A DNA stretch of 64,000 nucleotides from Phyllobates terribilis (lineage: Eukaryota). The stretch spans positions 72,912,001 through 72,976,000 of the forward strand of contig NW_027362764.1 of the NCBI RefSeq assembly GCF_046119375.1, given 5' to 3'. Below the pieces are notes generated by a model. It was not told the origin of the DNA. It made no database searches and worked only from the letters and a program-made list of their open reading frames with translations. A program made the translations under genes and the position numbers. Every line of letters starts with the position of its first letter. Within the stretch, counting starts at the first letter, position 1. Of this stretch, positions 12,991-25,301 are shown piece after piece.

Positions 12991-14010
12991 TGACTCGCCC
13001 CCTGGGCCGTGGGGCACTCGGAACCGGGCTTCAGGGCAATGCTGGGAGTAGTAGTGGCGACCCGGTTCCGTGGCTCTGGGTGGTCAGACCAGTGGTAGTC
13101 TGCTATGTGCTGTAGGTAATGTCCGACTACTCCACCCGTGGATTGCGGTCAGGGCTAACCGCCGCTGCAGTGCAGACCGCTGGGGCTGATATAAATGTGC
13201 AGCACTGAATAGTTCAACTCCCCACGGGAGGAGTATGGCCCCAGGGCAGTATATATAATGGATGATGGAGGGGATGATTCCGACCGCGATAGTCAGGAAA
13301 CGGAGGCCTCTTAAACAGTTCAGGGTCTTTATTAGGACAGGTAAAATGACCCAGAAACAGGCCCGGCTAGGAGGGGGCCTGGATGTCTGAGAACAAGTGG
13401 GAAGCTGGCCATGGTCAGGGTGAGGGTGTAGGCCTACCGTGCTCTCTGTGCTCCTTCTGGCTATTTCCCTCCTTATAGTGTAACAGCCCACGTTCCCGAG
13501 CTCACCGTGTCCTCTCACCCGTATGGCTTGCAACTTGGGTCCCTTTCTACTCCCGGCCTGGTACGGCTTTGCTGGTCCCTTCTGCTGTGGCGGAGCCTCC
13601 GGGCTTCTTAGGCCAAGGAGCATACAGTCCCCTGCGGACTGGTTATCTGCTGTAGGACGTGGAATCCTCACAGCCTCAGACACCAAAGTCTGGTAGATTA
13701 ATTTCTCTATCTGCCAGGACAGGCTCACTTCGCCTCTTGTCCCTGGCTCGTGGCTCTCCTACTGCCACACATCCTCTTAGGCTGCAACACAACTGTCTGT
13801 CCCTGCTCTGGGACACCTCTCAATCCAGAGACAGGTTGTCCAGTTCTCCCTAACCCTGCCCCCAGCTCCAGCTTTTATAGGGACAGCCTGCTCCCCCTAC
13901 TGGTCTGGGACAGGAGGTGCTGCATGCTTATGGTCCTTGACTAGAGGACCTCCCCCTTGCTCTCAGACACAGCTTTATTATATTTGTGGCATCCAGGCCA
14001 GGGTGACACA
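12991..14010 (-). repeat. Gypsy-1 3' LTR
   Basis: Element-sense TGTGTCACCC...GGCGAGTCA; near-identical to 21201-22220; AATAAA at about 13330-13335. Confidence 0.95.
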
Positions 14011-14396
14011 TTCCTGCCTAGTAAAATTTAGTACTCCGGGACTAAACAATAAACAAAGATAATATGCATGACCATAAAACATTAGTAGACAAACGACGCA
14101 CAGGTTGAGTTCTTAAGGTCACAGTGTGGTCTGTGACCGGGTGTCCATATCACCAACACAACGGGGAGCCTTAACCAGGTGGGGGTCTGTCTTAGCCCCA
14201 AGTCCTTTACAGTCTTAGTTCATTCCTTGGTCAGGCTCCGAATGCAGTCCATACAAAGTCCCTGTTATTAAAAGTTCATAACCTTTGAGTCCGTACGGTA
14301 ACTGTAAGAAACTGAAATACACAATTACTAATCATGCATGTAATTTTGCAAACATTTAGCACTTGGCAACAGGGTTATTTACAGTTTAAGTGCACC

Positions 14397-17300
14397 CTAT
14401 ATTCTCCAGCGAGCGGGTATCTGCCCCTTTGTGCTCCTGGTTGACCTGCGTAACCCACTGTCTGGTGGCGGACCGACCTGGCTTTCCCCACTAGCGTTAG
14501 GGGTAGAGCTACCAGCTTGGTGTACAGGTAGGGTGTAGCGTCGGCGTCCCTGCCTCCTGCTAGGCAGGGACGCTGTTCCCCTCACCTCTCCGCTCCGTGC
14601 CCGGCGTCTTCCTCCCGCACTGCTGGCAGCGCGCGCTGCTTCCCGGCCACTGTGCTTAGGGCGCGCGCGCGTGCTCCCCCTCTCTTAAAGGGGCCGCGCG
14701 CGCCGTCCTAAGGAGTCCCCGGCCAATGGCCGGAGGACCTCACCATATATAAGGCACCTCCTCCAAAATGGAGGTGCCCGAGCAATGTTGTTGCATAGCC
14801 TATCACTCTGCTTCAGCCCTCAGGTCCCGTTACCAGATACCTGCCAGTTACCTGCCAGATTCCTGCTTGATACCTGCCTGATACTTGTCTATCTACTTGC
14901 ATTCCTGCGGTCCGACAGTCTGCCTACCAGCCCTGCCAGTCTGTCTATGGATCTGATTGACCGCTCACCTGGGAGCGCTCATCTGCTACCTGCCTGCTAG
15001 CCTACCTGGGGGCTCTGCCATAACGTGCTGTGACCACCTGCCTGTCCAGAGACTCTTACCCGCTCACCTGGGAGCATCCGCCTGCTACCTGCCTGCTAGC
15101 CTACCTGGAGGCTCTGCCGTCACGTGCTGTGACCACCTGCCTGTCCAGAGACTCTTACCCGCTCACCTGGGAGCGTCCGCCTGCTACCTGTCTGCTAGCC
15201 TACCTGGAGGCTCTGCCGTCACGTGCTGTGACCACCTGCCTGTCCAGAGACTCTTACCCGCTCACCTGGGAGCGTCCGCCTGCTACCTGCCTGCTAGCCT
15301 ACCAGGAGGCTCTGCCGTCACCTGCTGTGACCACCTGCCTGTCCAGAGACTCTTGCCCGCTCACCTGGGAGCGTCCACCTGCTACCTGCCTGCTAGTCTA
15401 CCTGGAGGCTTAGCCATCACTTGCCGTGACCACCTGCCTGTCCAGAGACTCTTGCCCGCTCACCTGGGAGCGTCCACCTGCTACCCGTCTGCTAGCCTAT
15501 CTGGAGGCTTAGTCGTCACTTGCTGTGACCACCCGCCTGTCAAGAGACTGTCCCCGTCTCTTGCCGTGACCTCCTGCCCTTCTACCCAGAGACTGTCCCC
15601 GTCACTTGCCGTGACCTCCTGCCCTTCTACCCAGAGACTGTCCCCGTCACTTGCCGTGACTTCCTGCCCTTCTACCCAGAGACGTCCCCGTCACTTGCCG
15701 TGACTACCTGCCCACCTACCCTGGGAGCCACCCGCTTCCTTACAAGGACTGCCCCTTTGTATCGTTGCTCAGAGGTTCCACCTCCCAGACCCGTTACATA
15801 GGGCAGGCAGCTGTCTACGGGTCCTTTGGCTTACCGCAGGCATGGCAGGCTCACTGTCAGCAGAGGGTTGACTCTCCTGGGTTTCTGGTACCAGCTCTTC
15901 TGCCTCTGGGACTGCTTGTTCTTCTTCACTTTCCTGCTCTGGTGTAGGTTGCTGCTGTATGGGTTGCAGGAAATGCAGGACGGGTACCACTATAGCATCG
16001 TTTATTCGAGTCCAGGACTGAGGGAACTCTCCGAGAACGGTGCTGATCATTTCTTCCTTGTCCTCTGCGGGTTCAAGGTCACTTTGATCCTCCTCTGCAT
16101 TCCGTAGTTGCTCAGGGCACCTTTTTAGGTGGTCTCTGGAGACGGTACTAGTGGTTTCTCCTCCATCCTTGGTGATCACGCACACCTTCGATTTGTCATG
16201 ATCAGACTGCAGTACGGTGTAGGGTTCCCTTTCCCACTGGTCGTCCAACTTATGTAGCCTTCTCTTTCGCTTCAGGACCTGCTCACCAGGTTCTAGGGGA
16301 CCAGCAGGGGTGTGTTGGTTGACGAGTCTTTCTTGCCTTTCTCTCAACTGGGCCAGGCTCTTCTCCACACTCTTCTGTACCTTCTTGTACTGCAGTCGCC
16401 TTTCCGTATCCCAGTCCGCATCCGGGGAGGTGTCCTCAGGTGTTAGGACTCCCATCTCCAGGTCCATGGGCAGCTTACCTGGTCTGGCTCGCATCAGGTA
16501 AGCCGGGGTGCAGTTTGTAGCATTCACCGGGATATGGTTGTATAAGTCTATTAGGTCCGGCAGTTTTTCTGGCCACAGGCTGCGTTCCTCCAGGGGCAAT
16601 GTTTTCAGGAGATCAATGACTATATTGTTCATTTTCTCACACATCCCGTTGGTTTGTGGGTGGTAAGGCGTTGTCCGAATCTTCTTACAGCCATAAAGGT
16701 TGCAGAACTCTTGGAAGATTTCGGCTTCGAACGCTGGACCCTGGTCTGTCAGAACTTGTTCTGGATACCCGTGTGGACAGCAGAAGTATTGCTGGAAGGC
16801 TCTGGCCGCCCTTTGGGCTGTCAAGTCTTTTACCGGGACCACCACTAGAAAATGGGAATAGCGGTCCACAATTGTCAGGGAGTAGATGTATCCTGACCGG
16901 CTTGGAGCCAATTTGACGTGGTCCAGAGCTACCAGCTCAAGAGGCTGCTGGGTGACGATGGGCTTCAAGGGTGTCTTCTGGCTGGTGCGGTCTTTTCTCC
17001 TTAAGTTACAAGGGCCACAGTCCCTGCACCACTTCTCTACAGCCCCTCTCATGCCGACCCAAAAGAACCTCTTAGCAGGAACTCCAGTTTCTTCCAACCG
17101 AAGTGCCCCGCTCTGTCATGGTAAGCCCCCAGGACCATAGCTGCATCCCGCCTTGGGACCACGACTTGCCAGGTCAGCTCGTGTGTCCGGTGGTTGACAA
17201 GTCTTCAACACAGCTTGCCTTCATAGAGGAACAGCTTGTTCTTCTCTTTCCATAGCTGCTTGGCTTCCTCTGAAGCATCCGGATCTAAGTGGGCGTCTTC

Positions 17301-19727
17301 CTGGGTCAGCAGATCTTTCACCAGGCGGATTGCAGGGTCACTATCTTGGGTCTCGGCCCAGCTGTGGTGAGGTAGGGGATTGATCATAACGGTTGTTAAA
17401 TCTTCCTCCTTCACGCGGTGGGAGTATTGAGCAGCTCCGTACCGGTGAAACGCGGGGAGTTCTACCTCCTCCAGCTCTTCTGGGTCTTCGTCACCTTCAG
17501 GTAAGTGAGGCATTCTCGATAGGGCGTCAGCGTTGGCATTGGTTCTGCCTGCCCGGTACTTGATCATGAAGTCATAATTGGAGAGACGGGCCATCCACCG
17601 CTGTTCCAGGGCACCAAGTCTTGCCCTGTCTAGGTGTGTTAACGGGTTGTTGTCCGTGTACACAGTGAACTTTGCGGAGGCCAGGTAATGCTTGAAGCAT
17701 TCCGTTATGGCCCACACCACCGCCAAGAATTCTAGCTTGAAGGAGCTGTAATTCTCCGGGTTCCTCTCGGTGGGCCTCAGCTTCCCGCTGGCGTACGCGA
17801 TCACCCTTTCTCTGCCCTGTTGGTTTTGTGACAGTACGGCTCCCAGTCCCACATTACTGGCGTCTGTGTGGAGAATAAAAGGCTGGCCATAATCAGGGTA
17901 GGCCAGGATCTCATCCCCTGTGAGGGCCATCTTCAACTGGCGGAAGGACTCCTCTTCCGGTTTATCCCACTTGAAGGGTGGCTTTTGGCTTCTGGACTTA
18001 GACTGTCCTATCAGGAGGTCCTGCATAGGAGCTGCCATCTTAGTGAACCCGGGGATGAACCTTCGGTAGTAGCCTACCAACCCGAGGAACTGCCTCACTT
18101 CTTTGATGTTTGAGGGGCTTGGCCAGCTCTTGATCGCTGTGACCTTGTCAGGGTCGGGGGCTACTCCTTCCGCACTTACCATGTACCCTAGGTACTGGAC
18201 TTTCGGTTTCAATAGGTGACACTTTGATGGTTTCACCTTCAGGCCATAGCCTGCCAGGGCTTCGAACACCTCGGCCAGGTGCTTTAGATGGTCCTCGTAA
18301 GTCTTTGAATAGACGATCACGTCATCCAGGTAAAGGAGGACCGTCTCGAAGTTTCGGTGCCCTAGACAGCATTCCATCAGCCTCTGGAAGGTCCCTGGTG
18401 CGTTGCAGAGCCCGAAGGGCATACAGTTGAACTCGCTCAGTCCCATCAGGGTGGTGAAGGCGGTCTTCTCCTTGTCAGCGTCTGCCACAGGAACCTGCCA
18501 GTACCCGCTAGTAAGGTCCAAAGTAGAAAAGAAGTTAGCTGATTTTAGTGCGGCTAAAGACTCCTCTATTCTAGGCAGCGGATATGCATCTTTGTGGGTG
18601 ATACGGTTGATTTGTCTATAGTCCATGCACATTCTCATGGTGCCGTCTTTCTTTTTTACCAGAACCAGGGGGGCTGCCCAGGGGCTACAGCTATCTCTAA
18701 TGACCCCAGCTTCTTTCATTTCTCTTAGCATGCCCTTTGCGTTCTGATAATGTGCAGGGGGTACAGGTCTGTGTCTCTCTTTTATTGGTGGGTGGCTCCC
18801 CTTGGGGATATGGTGTTCTATCCCTTTTACTCTGCCGAAGTCTAGCGGGTGCTTACTAAAAATTCTCTTGTACTCCTGGACCACCCGGTAGACTCCTTGT
18901 TTTTGGTGCAGGGGAGTGGAGTCAGCACCCACATGGAGTTTCTGGCACCAGTCCTCCTTTTGTTTCTGGGAGCCATTACCCTCCGCCTGTGGAGATGGAG
19001 GCAAAGGCTCCACGGCCCTGATAGCTTTGTGTTAGACAGCAAACAGTTTGGCAAGTGTAGCGTACCTGGGTAAGTTTACCTCCCTCTCCCCAATGTTGAG
19101 AATGCGAACAGGCACCCTCCCATGACGGACATCAACCACCCCCCGGGCTGTCAAAATGGTGGGCCTGCTGTCTGAGTACACGGGTTCTACCATGGCTTTG
19201 TAGTCTCTACCTCTCAACCCGATTGCAGTCCGACACCAGATCATCATTTCACTTTTGGGAGGCATGGAAATGGGGAATGGGTCACTCAGTCTTACGCTAC
19301 CGATCTCACCACCAAACAGTTCTACCTGCTGCCGTCTCATCAGGGCTTTCATCTCCTTGTTGAGGACTCTCTGTTGACTGGAACTAGCATTCACCGCCAC
19401 CTGTTGTAGAATTACAATTACCTCTGAAAGACCATTTTCAATCACGTTAGTACCCACAGTTATTTTAGGGTGACTTTCACGACGGTCAATGTCCACAATA
19501 ATCACTCCCTGTGCCGGTAGTTCAACTTTACCAATTTTAATGGTCATCTCCTTGAACCCCATCTGCGGCACAGGCAAGCCATTACTGGCGATGATGCTCA
19601 AGTCACTGTCTGGATACCGTGTTATATCAGCATCAGTCCAATACTGCTTAAAAAGTACATAAGGGAAAGTAGTTACTTGCGACCCGGTATCCAGCAAGGC
19701 GCTCATGGGGATACCGTCCAGCACCAC
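14397..19727 (-). pseudogene. pol: Gypsy-1 pol (protease, RT, RNase H, integrase), with stops and a nested LTR in the integrase tail
   Basis: ALLDTGSQVT (protease, ORF 19032-19727); YLDDVIVYS and RNase H DAS/TDNNPL (ORF 17205-19013); integrase ORF 15769-17097; tail LRRSTRSTKGQIPARWRI* at 14397-14528 is homologous to the Gypsy-2 tail LRRSVRSTRGKPPARYTE. Confidence 0.93.
14534..15798 (+). mobile_element. Solo LTR of a sushi/Tf1-type chromovirus nested in the Gypsy-1 integrase tail
   Basis: TGTAGCG...CGTTACA; 5-bp TSD TAGGG at 14529-14533 and 15799-15803; start and TATA/hairpin region match the LTRs of the element at 51939-57458; contains about 6 x 99-bp and about 4 x 45-bp tandem repeats. Confidence 0.92.
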
Positions 19728-19785
19728 GGGTAAAACCGGGCGCCCCCAACGTACTTATTGCGCCAATTGTAAGGGCCTGGTGATC

Positions 19786-20779
19786 TTACGCCTGGGGGTT
19801 GTCCCTCTGCCCCAGGTTGGACCCGTTTAAATTACAGTACCTGGAAATGTGTCCGGGCTGGTTGCATCGACGGCAAATGGGCTGCCCATCCTCTGCGTAG
19901 CTGTCTGTGGGCCTCCCTCGGAACGACGGGGTCCTCCTCTGTCGACGCCACGGGACATCCTCCGGACTTGAAGCCAACTCGATGGGTCTTGACGGGTCCA
20001 CTTGTAACACCTGGACGGTCCTGGTCAATGCCGCAACGCTCCTGGTCAGCTCCTGGACTTGGTGGTGCAGATCTTTCGATGGGGCTTGGTTCAGGGCCTG
20101 TGCATCGGCCCCCACAGAGTCCATAGAGGAGGGCGCCGCCTCCTGGTGGTAGGTGAGAGCAGGGCGCCGGGGGGTTATAGCGCCACTTGTTGACGGGTTC
20201 ACGGAGCACCCTTATGACCCTGTCCTTGAATTGGGCAAAGGTCAGGTCAGGGTTCTGAAAGAACATGAGGCGCAGCTGGGTCCTGTGGGCACTAGACAGC
20301 AGACCTTCTATGAACTGTTCTGTTAGTAGCTTATCCTTATCCTGCACGCTGCCAGGGTCAGCTTGTTTGATGGCTCTCAAGGCTTCCTGCAAATTTAGGG
20401 CATAGTCTCTGATGCTGTCCTGTGCCCGCTGCTTACATCCGTAGAACCGCATTTTAATTTCAGCGGAGATACGTTTATCAAAGATACCCCGCAGCCGGGC
20501 CAGAATGTCCTTTACGGTCCTTTTCTCCTCAGCGGGCCATGACTTTACCTCCCGCTGGGCTGCGCCAGTTAACTGCCCTGTCAGTATGCTAATCTTCTGT
20601 TCCTCTGTCAGGGGGTAAACTTGGAACAAACTTTATAGCCTTTCCTTAAAGTCAGGTAGGGCATGGGGCTCCCCTGAATACTTAGGCAGCCAGGTCGCTC
20701 CAGGGATGTAGGGCAGGGAAAATGGCATCACCGCTGCTGCAGCTGTGCTGGTGGTAGTGGGCGCCTCTGTGTCCGACAT
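19786..20779 (-). pseudogene. gag: Gypsy-1 gag (capsid plus CCHC zinc knuckle), with a premature stop and a frameshift
   Basis: ATG at 20779, MSDTEAP...LPYIPGATWLPKY; ORFs 19832-20629 and 19786-20202; knuckle CRRCNQPGHISRYC. Confidence 0.88.
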
Positions 20780-21177
20780 CTTCCTCCCCCCCAGTTAAGC
20801 GTGGCCTACCTTCCGACGATCCTCTTCTGTAGGCCGCGGCTCCGCTGGTGCTGCTCCGGACGAGGACCTTGCGTCGCGTCCTGGTGACGTCAGTGTCGCT
20901 CTCTCTCCCTTCCAGGACCTTGCGCAGCGTCGGTGCGTGGGGCGGAGCTTCCGGTCTCGCGCGGTTTGGACGTCCACACCCCTCTTCTTCCCGCACGGCG
21001 TCCTGAAGATGGCGTCCGATGGCGGGAAAACGTCTGAAGATGGCGGGAACCGACGGAAGATGGCGGGAGACGGCTGAAAATGGCGGGAAACGGCTCTGGA
21101 TGGCGGGAAACCTCTTCTTCAGGTACGAGTACAGTCTTTTTCAGGCACGCAATACCCGTCTGTGGTGGGTTGGTCGC

Positions 21178-21196
21178 AATCCTGCCGACTACGCCA
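21178..21196 (-). promoter_or_regulatory. Primer-binding site, tRNA-Ser(AGA/TGA type)
   Basis: TGGCGTAGTCGGCAGGATT is complementary to the 3' end ...AATCCTGCCGACTACG-CCA of vertebrate tRNA-Ser; lies 4 nt from the LTR end. Confidence 0.92.
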
Positions 21197-21200
21197 AAGC

Positions 21201-22220
21201 TGACTTGCCCCCTGGGCCGTGGGGCACTCGGAATCGGGCTTCAGGGCAATGCTGGGAGTAGTAGTGGCGACCCGGTTCCGTGGCTCAGGGTGGTCAGACC
21301 AGTGGTAGTCTGCTATGTGCTGTAGGTAATGTCCGACTACACCACCCGTGGATTGCAGTCAGGGCTAACCACCGCTGCAGTGCAGACCGCTGGGGCTGAT
21401 ATAAATGTGCAGCACTGAATAGTTCAACTCCCCACGGGAGGAGTATGGCCCCAGGGCAGTATATATAATGGATGATGGAGGGGATGATTCCGACCGCGAT
21501 AGCCAGGAAACGGAGGCCTCTTAAACAGTTCAGGGTCTTTATTAGGACAGGTAAAATGACCCAGAAACAGGCCCGGCTAGGAGGGGGCCTGGATGTCTGA
21601 GAACAAGTGGGAAGCTGGCCCTGGTCAGGGTGAGGGTGTAGGCCTACCGTGCTCTCTGTGCTCCTTCTGGCTATTTCCCTCCTTGTAGTGTAACAGCCCA
21701 CGTTCCCGAGCTCACCGTGTCCTCTCGCCCGTATGGCTTGCAACTTGGGTCCCTTTCTACTCCCGGCCTGGTACGGCTTTGCTGGTCCCTTCTGCTGTGG
21801 CGGAGCCTCCGGGCTTCTTAGGCCAAGGAACATACAGTCCCCTGTGGACTGGTTATCTGCTGTAGGACGTGGAATCCTCACAGCCTCAGACACCAAAGTC
21901 TGGTAGATTAGTTTCTCTATCTGCCAGGACAGGCTCACTTCGCCTCTTGTCCCTGGCTCGTGGCTCTCCTACTGCCACACATCCTCTTAGGCTGCAACAC
22001 AACTGTCTGTCCCTGCTCTGGGACACCTCTCAATCCAGAGACAGGTTGTCCAGTTCTCCCTAACCCTGCCCCCAGCTCCAGCTTTTATAGGGGCAGCCTG
22101 CTCCCCCTACTGGTCTGGGACAGGAGGTGCTGCTTGCTAATGGTCCTTGACTAGAGGACCTCCCCCTTGCTCTCAGACACAGCTTTATTATATTTGTGGC
22201 ATCCAGGCCAGAGTGACACA
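21201..22220 (-). repeat. Gypsy-1 5' LTR
   Basis: Paired with 12991-14010 and adjacent to the PBS. Confidence 0.95.
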
Positions 22221-23008
22221 CTTACATGGTAAACTTCTTACATGGTGAACTTCTTACATGGTGAACTTCTTACATGGTGTACTTCTTCCATGGTGAACTT
22301 CTTACATGGTAAACTTCTTACATGGTAACCTTCTTACACGGTGTACTTCTTACACGGTGTACTTCTTACACGGTGTACTTCTTACATGGTGTACTTCTTA
22401 CATGGTGTACTTCTTACATGGTGAACTTCTTACATGGTAAACGTCTTACATGGTAAACGTCTTCCATGGTGAACCCATGGTGAACTTCTTACATGGTAAA
22501 TGTCTTACATGGTGTACTTCTTACATGGTGAACTTCTTACATGGTGAACTTCTTACATGGTAAACGTCTTACATGGTGTACTTCTTACATGGTAAACTTC
22601 TTACATGGTAAACTTCTTACATGGTGAACTTCTTACATGGTGTACTTCTTACATGGTAAACTTCTTACATGGTAAACTTCTTACATGGTGAACTTCTTAC
22701 ATGGTGTACTTCTTACATGGTAAACTTCTTACATGGTAAACTTCTTACATGGTGACCTTCTTACACGGTGTACTTCTTACATTGTGTACTTCTTACATGA
22801 TGTACTTCTTACATGGTAAACTTCTTACACAGTGTACTTCTTACATGGTGAACTTCTTACATGGTGAACTTCTTGCATGGTGAACTTCTTGCATGGTGTA
22901 CTTCTTACATGGTGAACTTCTTACATGGTGTACTTCTTACATAGTGAACTTCTTACATGGGGTACTTCTTACATGGTGTATTTCTTACATAGTGAACTTC
23001 TTACATGG
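22221..23008. repeat. 16-bp satellite, segment 3
   Basis: About 49 tandem copies resuming at the CTTA TSD. Confidence 0.95.
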
Positions 23009-24028
23009 ATAGTTATTGGACGTATAGCATTATTTTAAACATAAATGAATAAAATGTATGGTTTTAACTTTATGAAGCTGGATCTACCTCCTCCTCCTTA
23101 CGTGTATCCCGTTTCCGGCATTGATGCTGGTCCGTGCTCCGGAGTATTACAGGCTGTGTGGGTGAGCTGGCTACTCCCTTGCTACTTTGTTTTTTACAAT
23201 TCAAAAAAGATTTAAAGGGAACCTGACAGCTTCCCCTGGTCTCCTGCAAACCGCCACCATGTATTTATTGCTACCTTATACCTTTCCTAACTAGGGATGA
23301 ACGGATCTGTGGAAGTTTTGATTCTGGCACCAGACCAAACTATAGTCTAAAGTTTGGTTCGGGTGCCAGAACTGTACTCGAACTTGAACCTTGAACCTCT
23401 CTCTCTCTCTCTTCCCCGGACTCCCGGAACTGTAAAACGGACTTCCAGGAGAAGTCTGTGTTCGGAGTTCAGCACCCGAACTTTACAGTTCAGCTATACT
23501 AATCTTTATTCCTAACAAGTCCATTTTATTGTCTCATTGATTTTTTCCTAGGGCAAAAAACAATGTTATGACTGTGATGGCAATATGCTAATTAGTAGGT
23601 GACTGGTCTTGGGAGCGTTATTTTCACTGTGGCCGTGATTTTGCAAGAGCGTAGTCAAAGCCTGCTCTTTGCAAATCTTCGCTCACTGGCAATTTGCAGT
23701 TAACGATGCATACACACCCTGACTTCATCAGCGCACTGCGCATGCCCACGGGGGTGGCTGGTACATACGACACACTGGGCATGCAATATAATTTGCAAGA
23801 GCGGCATCACCACCAAATCTTTGCAAATCTCTAGCTCCCTGACAATGTGCCACATCCAGTTTACTGCAAATTATCAGGGAGCCACTGATTTGCAAAGATG
23901 CGACGGTGATGCCGCTCTTGCAAATTATATTACTCACGTCCACAAGGACATGATAACATGATTAGTGGGATAATTAGTCTGGGGACAACAATGCCCCACT
24001 AATTAATGCAGTCCACTAATTAGCATAT

Positions 24029-25301
24029 TGTAGCACCCCGAGGACTCGGCTGCTACAGGAGTATTGCACCTCAAACCAGAGGTGTGGTATTCCACTCCCG
24101 GGTAAGGATGGAGTGTGGGACAGAGCTCAGATAGCTGCATGCACTACACTCACCCCATTTCCGGGGGACAGAACATCGGTACTCCCACCAGATAGATGTG
24201 CAGGTACGACAGCGTCTGTCCCTGGCTGGAGTGGGGGGGGGGGAGGAACATCCCAGTAGTGTAGGAGCAGATAGGGGAGGGACTCTGGGCATAGGTAGGA
24301 GCCCATTGGGTGCTAGTCACCTGGGCTCGGGTGTCAGAGGGAGTATATAAGGTGGGCACCATCTTGAGACAGGGTCTGTTCAGCCTGGAGGAGTGGAGAA
24401 AGGAGCTCAGCCAGAGAGGGCTGAGGGGGAGCTGTGGCTCCGTCTGGGCCCAGCTCCAGAGCCAGGCCTGAAGCATAGAGAGGGAAGGAAGAAGAGGAAC
24501 ACAAGGAAAGGCCCAGAGACGCAAGCAGAAGGAACCCTGAGATCCCACGAGTGAACTAAAACGGGTGAAGGGTTGGCAGAGAAGGGTACCGGATCCCAAA
24601 CTGGTGGAGGTCAATCATCCTTAGCCAGGAACCGGAGGTCGTGGTCAAGCTTTGGCACGACCCCTCGCCACATCCACCAGGAAGGCACGCCACATAGGGT
24701 CAGGAAAGCCGGAGAGAGGTTTTGCCCCATAAGGCCCGAGGAAGCCGGACATAGGTGGGTCCCTGGTGAGGACGTCCAGTAGGAAGGAAGAGAGGGGAGC
24801 TCTGGACCACGCTCTGGAATCGCCTGGGAGTTGGCCGAGTCCCTGACCTGGTGGACGCAGCACGGCTCGGGTGGTCCTACTGTGCACAAGGATCTGATAA
24901 AGAACTGTGAGTAAAGCTTTTGAAACTGCACTTCCCGCCTCTGTGTTCCTGCCGTCACACCTGCACCCTCAGCTCTGGGACACCCGCACCATCACTCCCA
25001 TCATCATCTCTAACAGATCTGCCCTGAGGCCATACTCCTCCCGTGGGGAGTCATCTCATTCTCAGCTGCACAAACAACACCGGCCTCAGTGGACTGCCGT
25101 GCAGCGGCGGTTCCGTGACCGCAATCCACGGGTGGCGTAGTCGAACATTCTAACATCTACTGCTAAATACTGCCGCTCAGTTTGACTCCCTGGGCACGGA
25201 CCGGGTCACCGCCACCAGACTACTACCCCCATCTGATCCGGCTCCGGGTAAGCCCCCGTGCGCGCGATGCCGCACGACACAGCAGGCCCAGGGGCGCGTC
25301 A
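24029..25301 (+). mobile_element. Solo LTR related to the LTRs of the CSD element; no TSD detected
   Basis: TGTAGCACCCCGAGG...GGGGCGCGTCA; 5' part closely matches the LTR at 42177; TATAAGG plus CACCATCTT at about 24346; flanks ATAT and ACTT do not match. Confidence 0.85.

Larger units (their letters stand above)
12991..22220 (-). mobile_element. Ty3/Gypsy LTR retrotransposon (Gypsy-1), full length with disabling mutations
   Basis: Two 1020-bp LTRs with about 17 substitutions by manual count; 4-bp TSD CTTA at 12987-12990 and 22221-22224; tRNA-Ser PBS; PPT-like TTTTACTAGGCAGGAA next to the 3' LTR; gene order gag-PR-RT-RH-INT. Confidence 0.97.

Noticed and set aside
13084-13728. 214-aa ORF present in both Gypsy-1 LTRs (possible LTR-encoded gene like MMTV sag)
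   Set aside because: It has a GTG start, no recognisable domain, and spans the polyA signal and U5; survival in two LTRs only 1.7% apart is not evidence of selection.
14957-15703. Long repetitive ORFs (also 62506-63600, 62556-63095 and 10364-10903)
   Set aside because: They are produced by tandem units of 99, 45, 36 and 21 bp, all multiples of three, inside LTRs or MITEs.
21178-21196. tRNA-Ser genes
   Set aside because: Only 18-19 nt complementary to tRNA 3' ends including CCA, adjacent to LTRs; these are PBSs, not tRNA genes.
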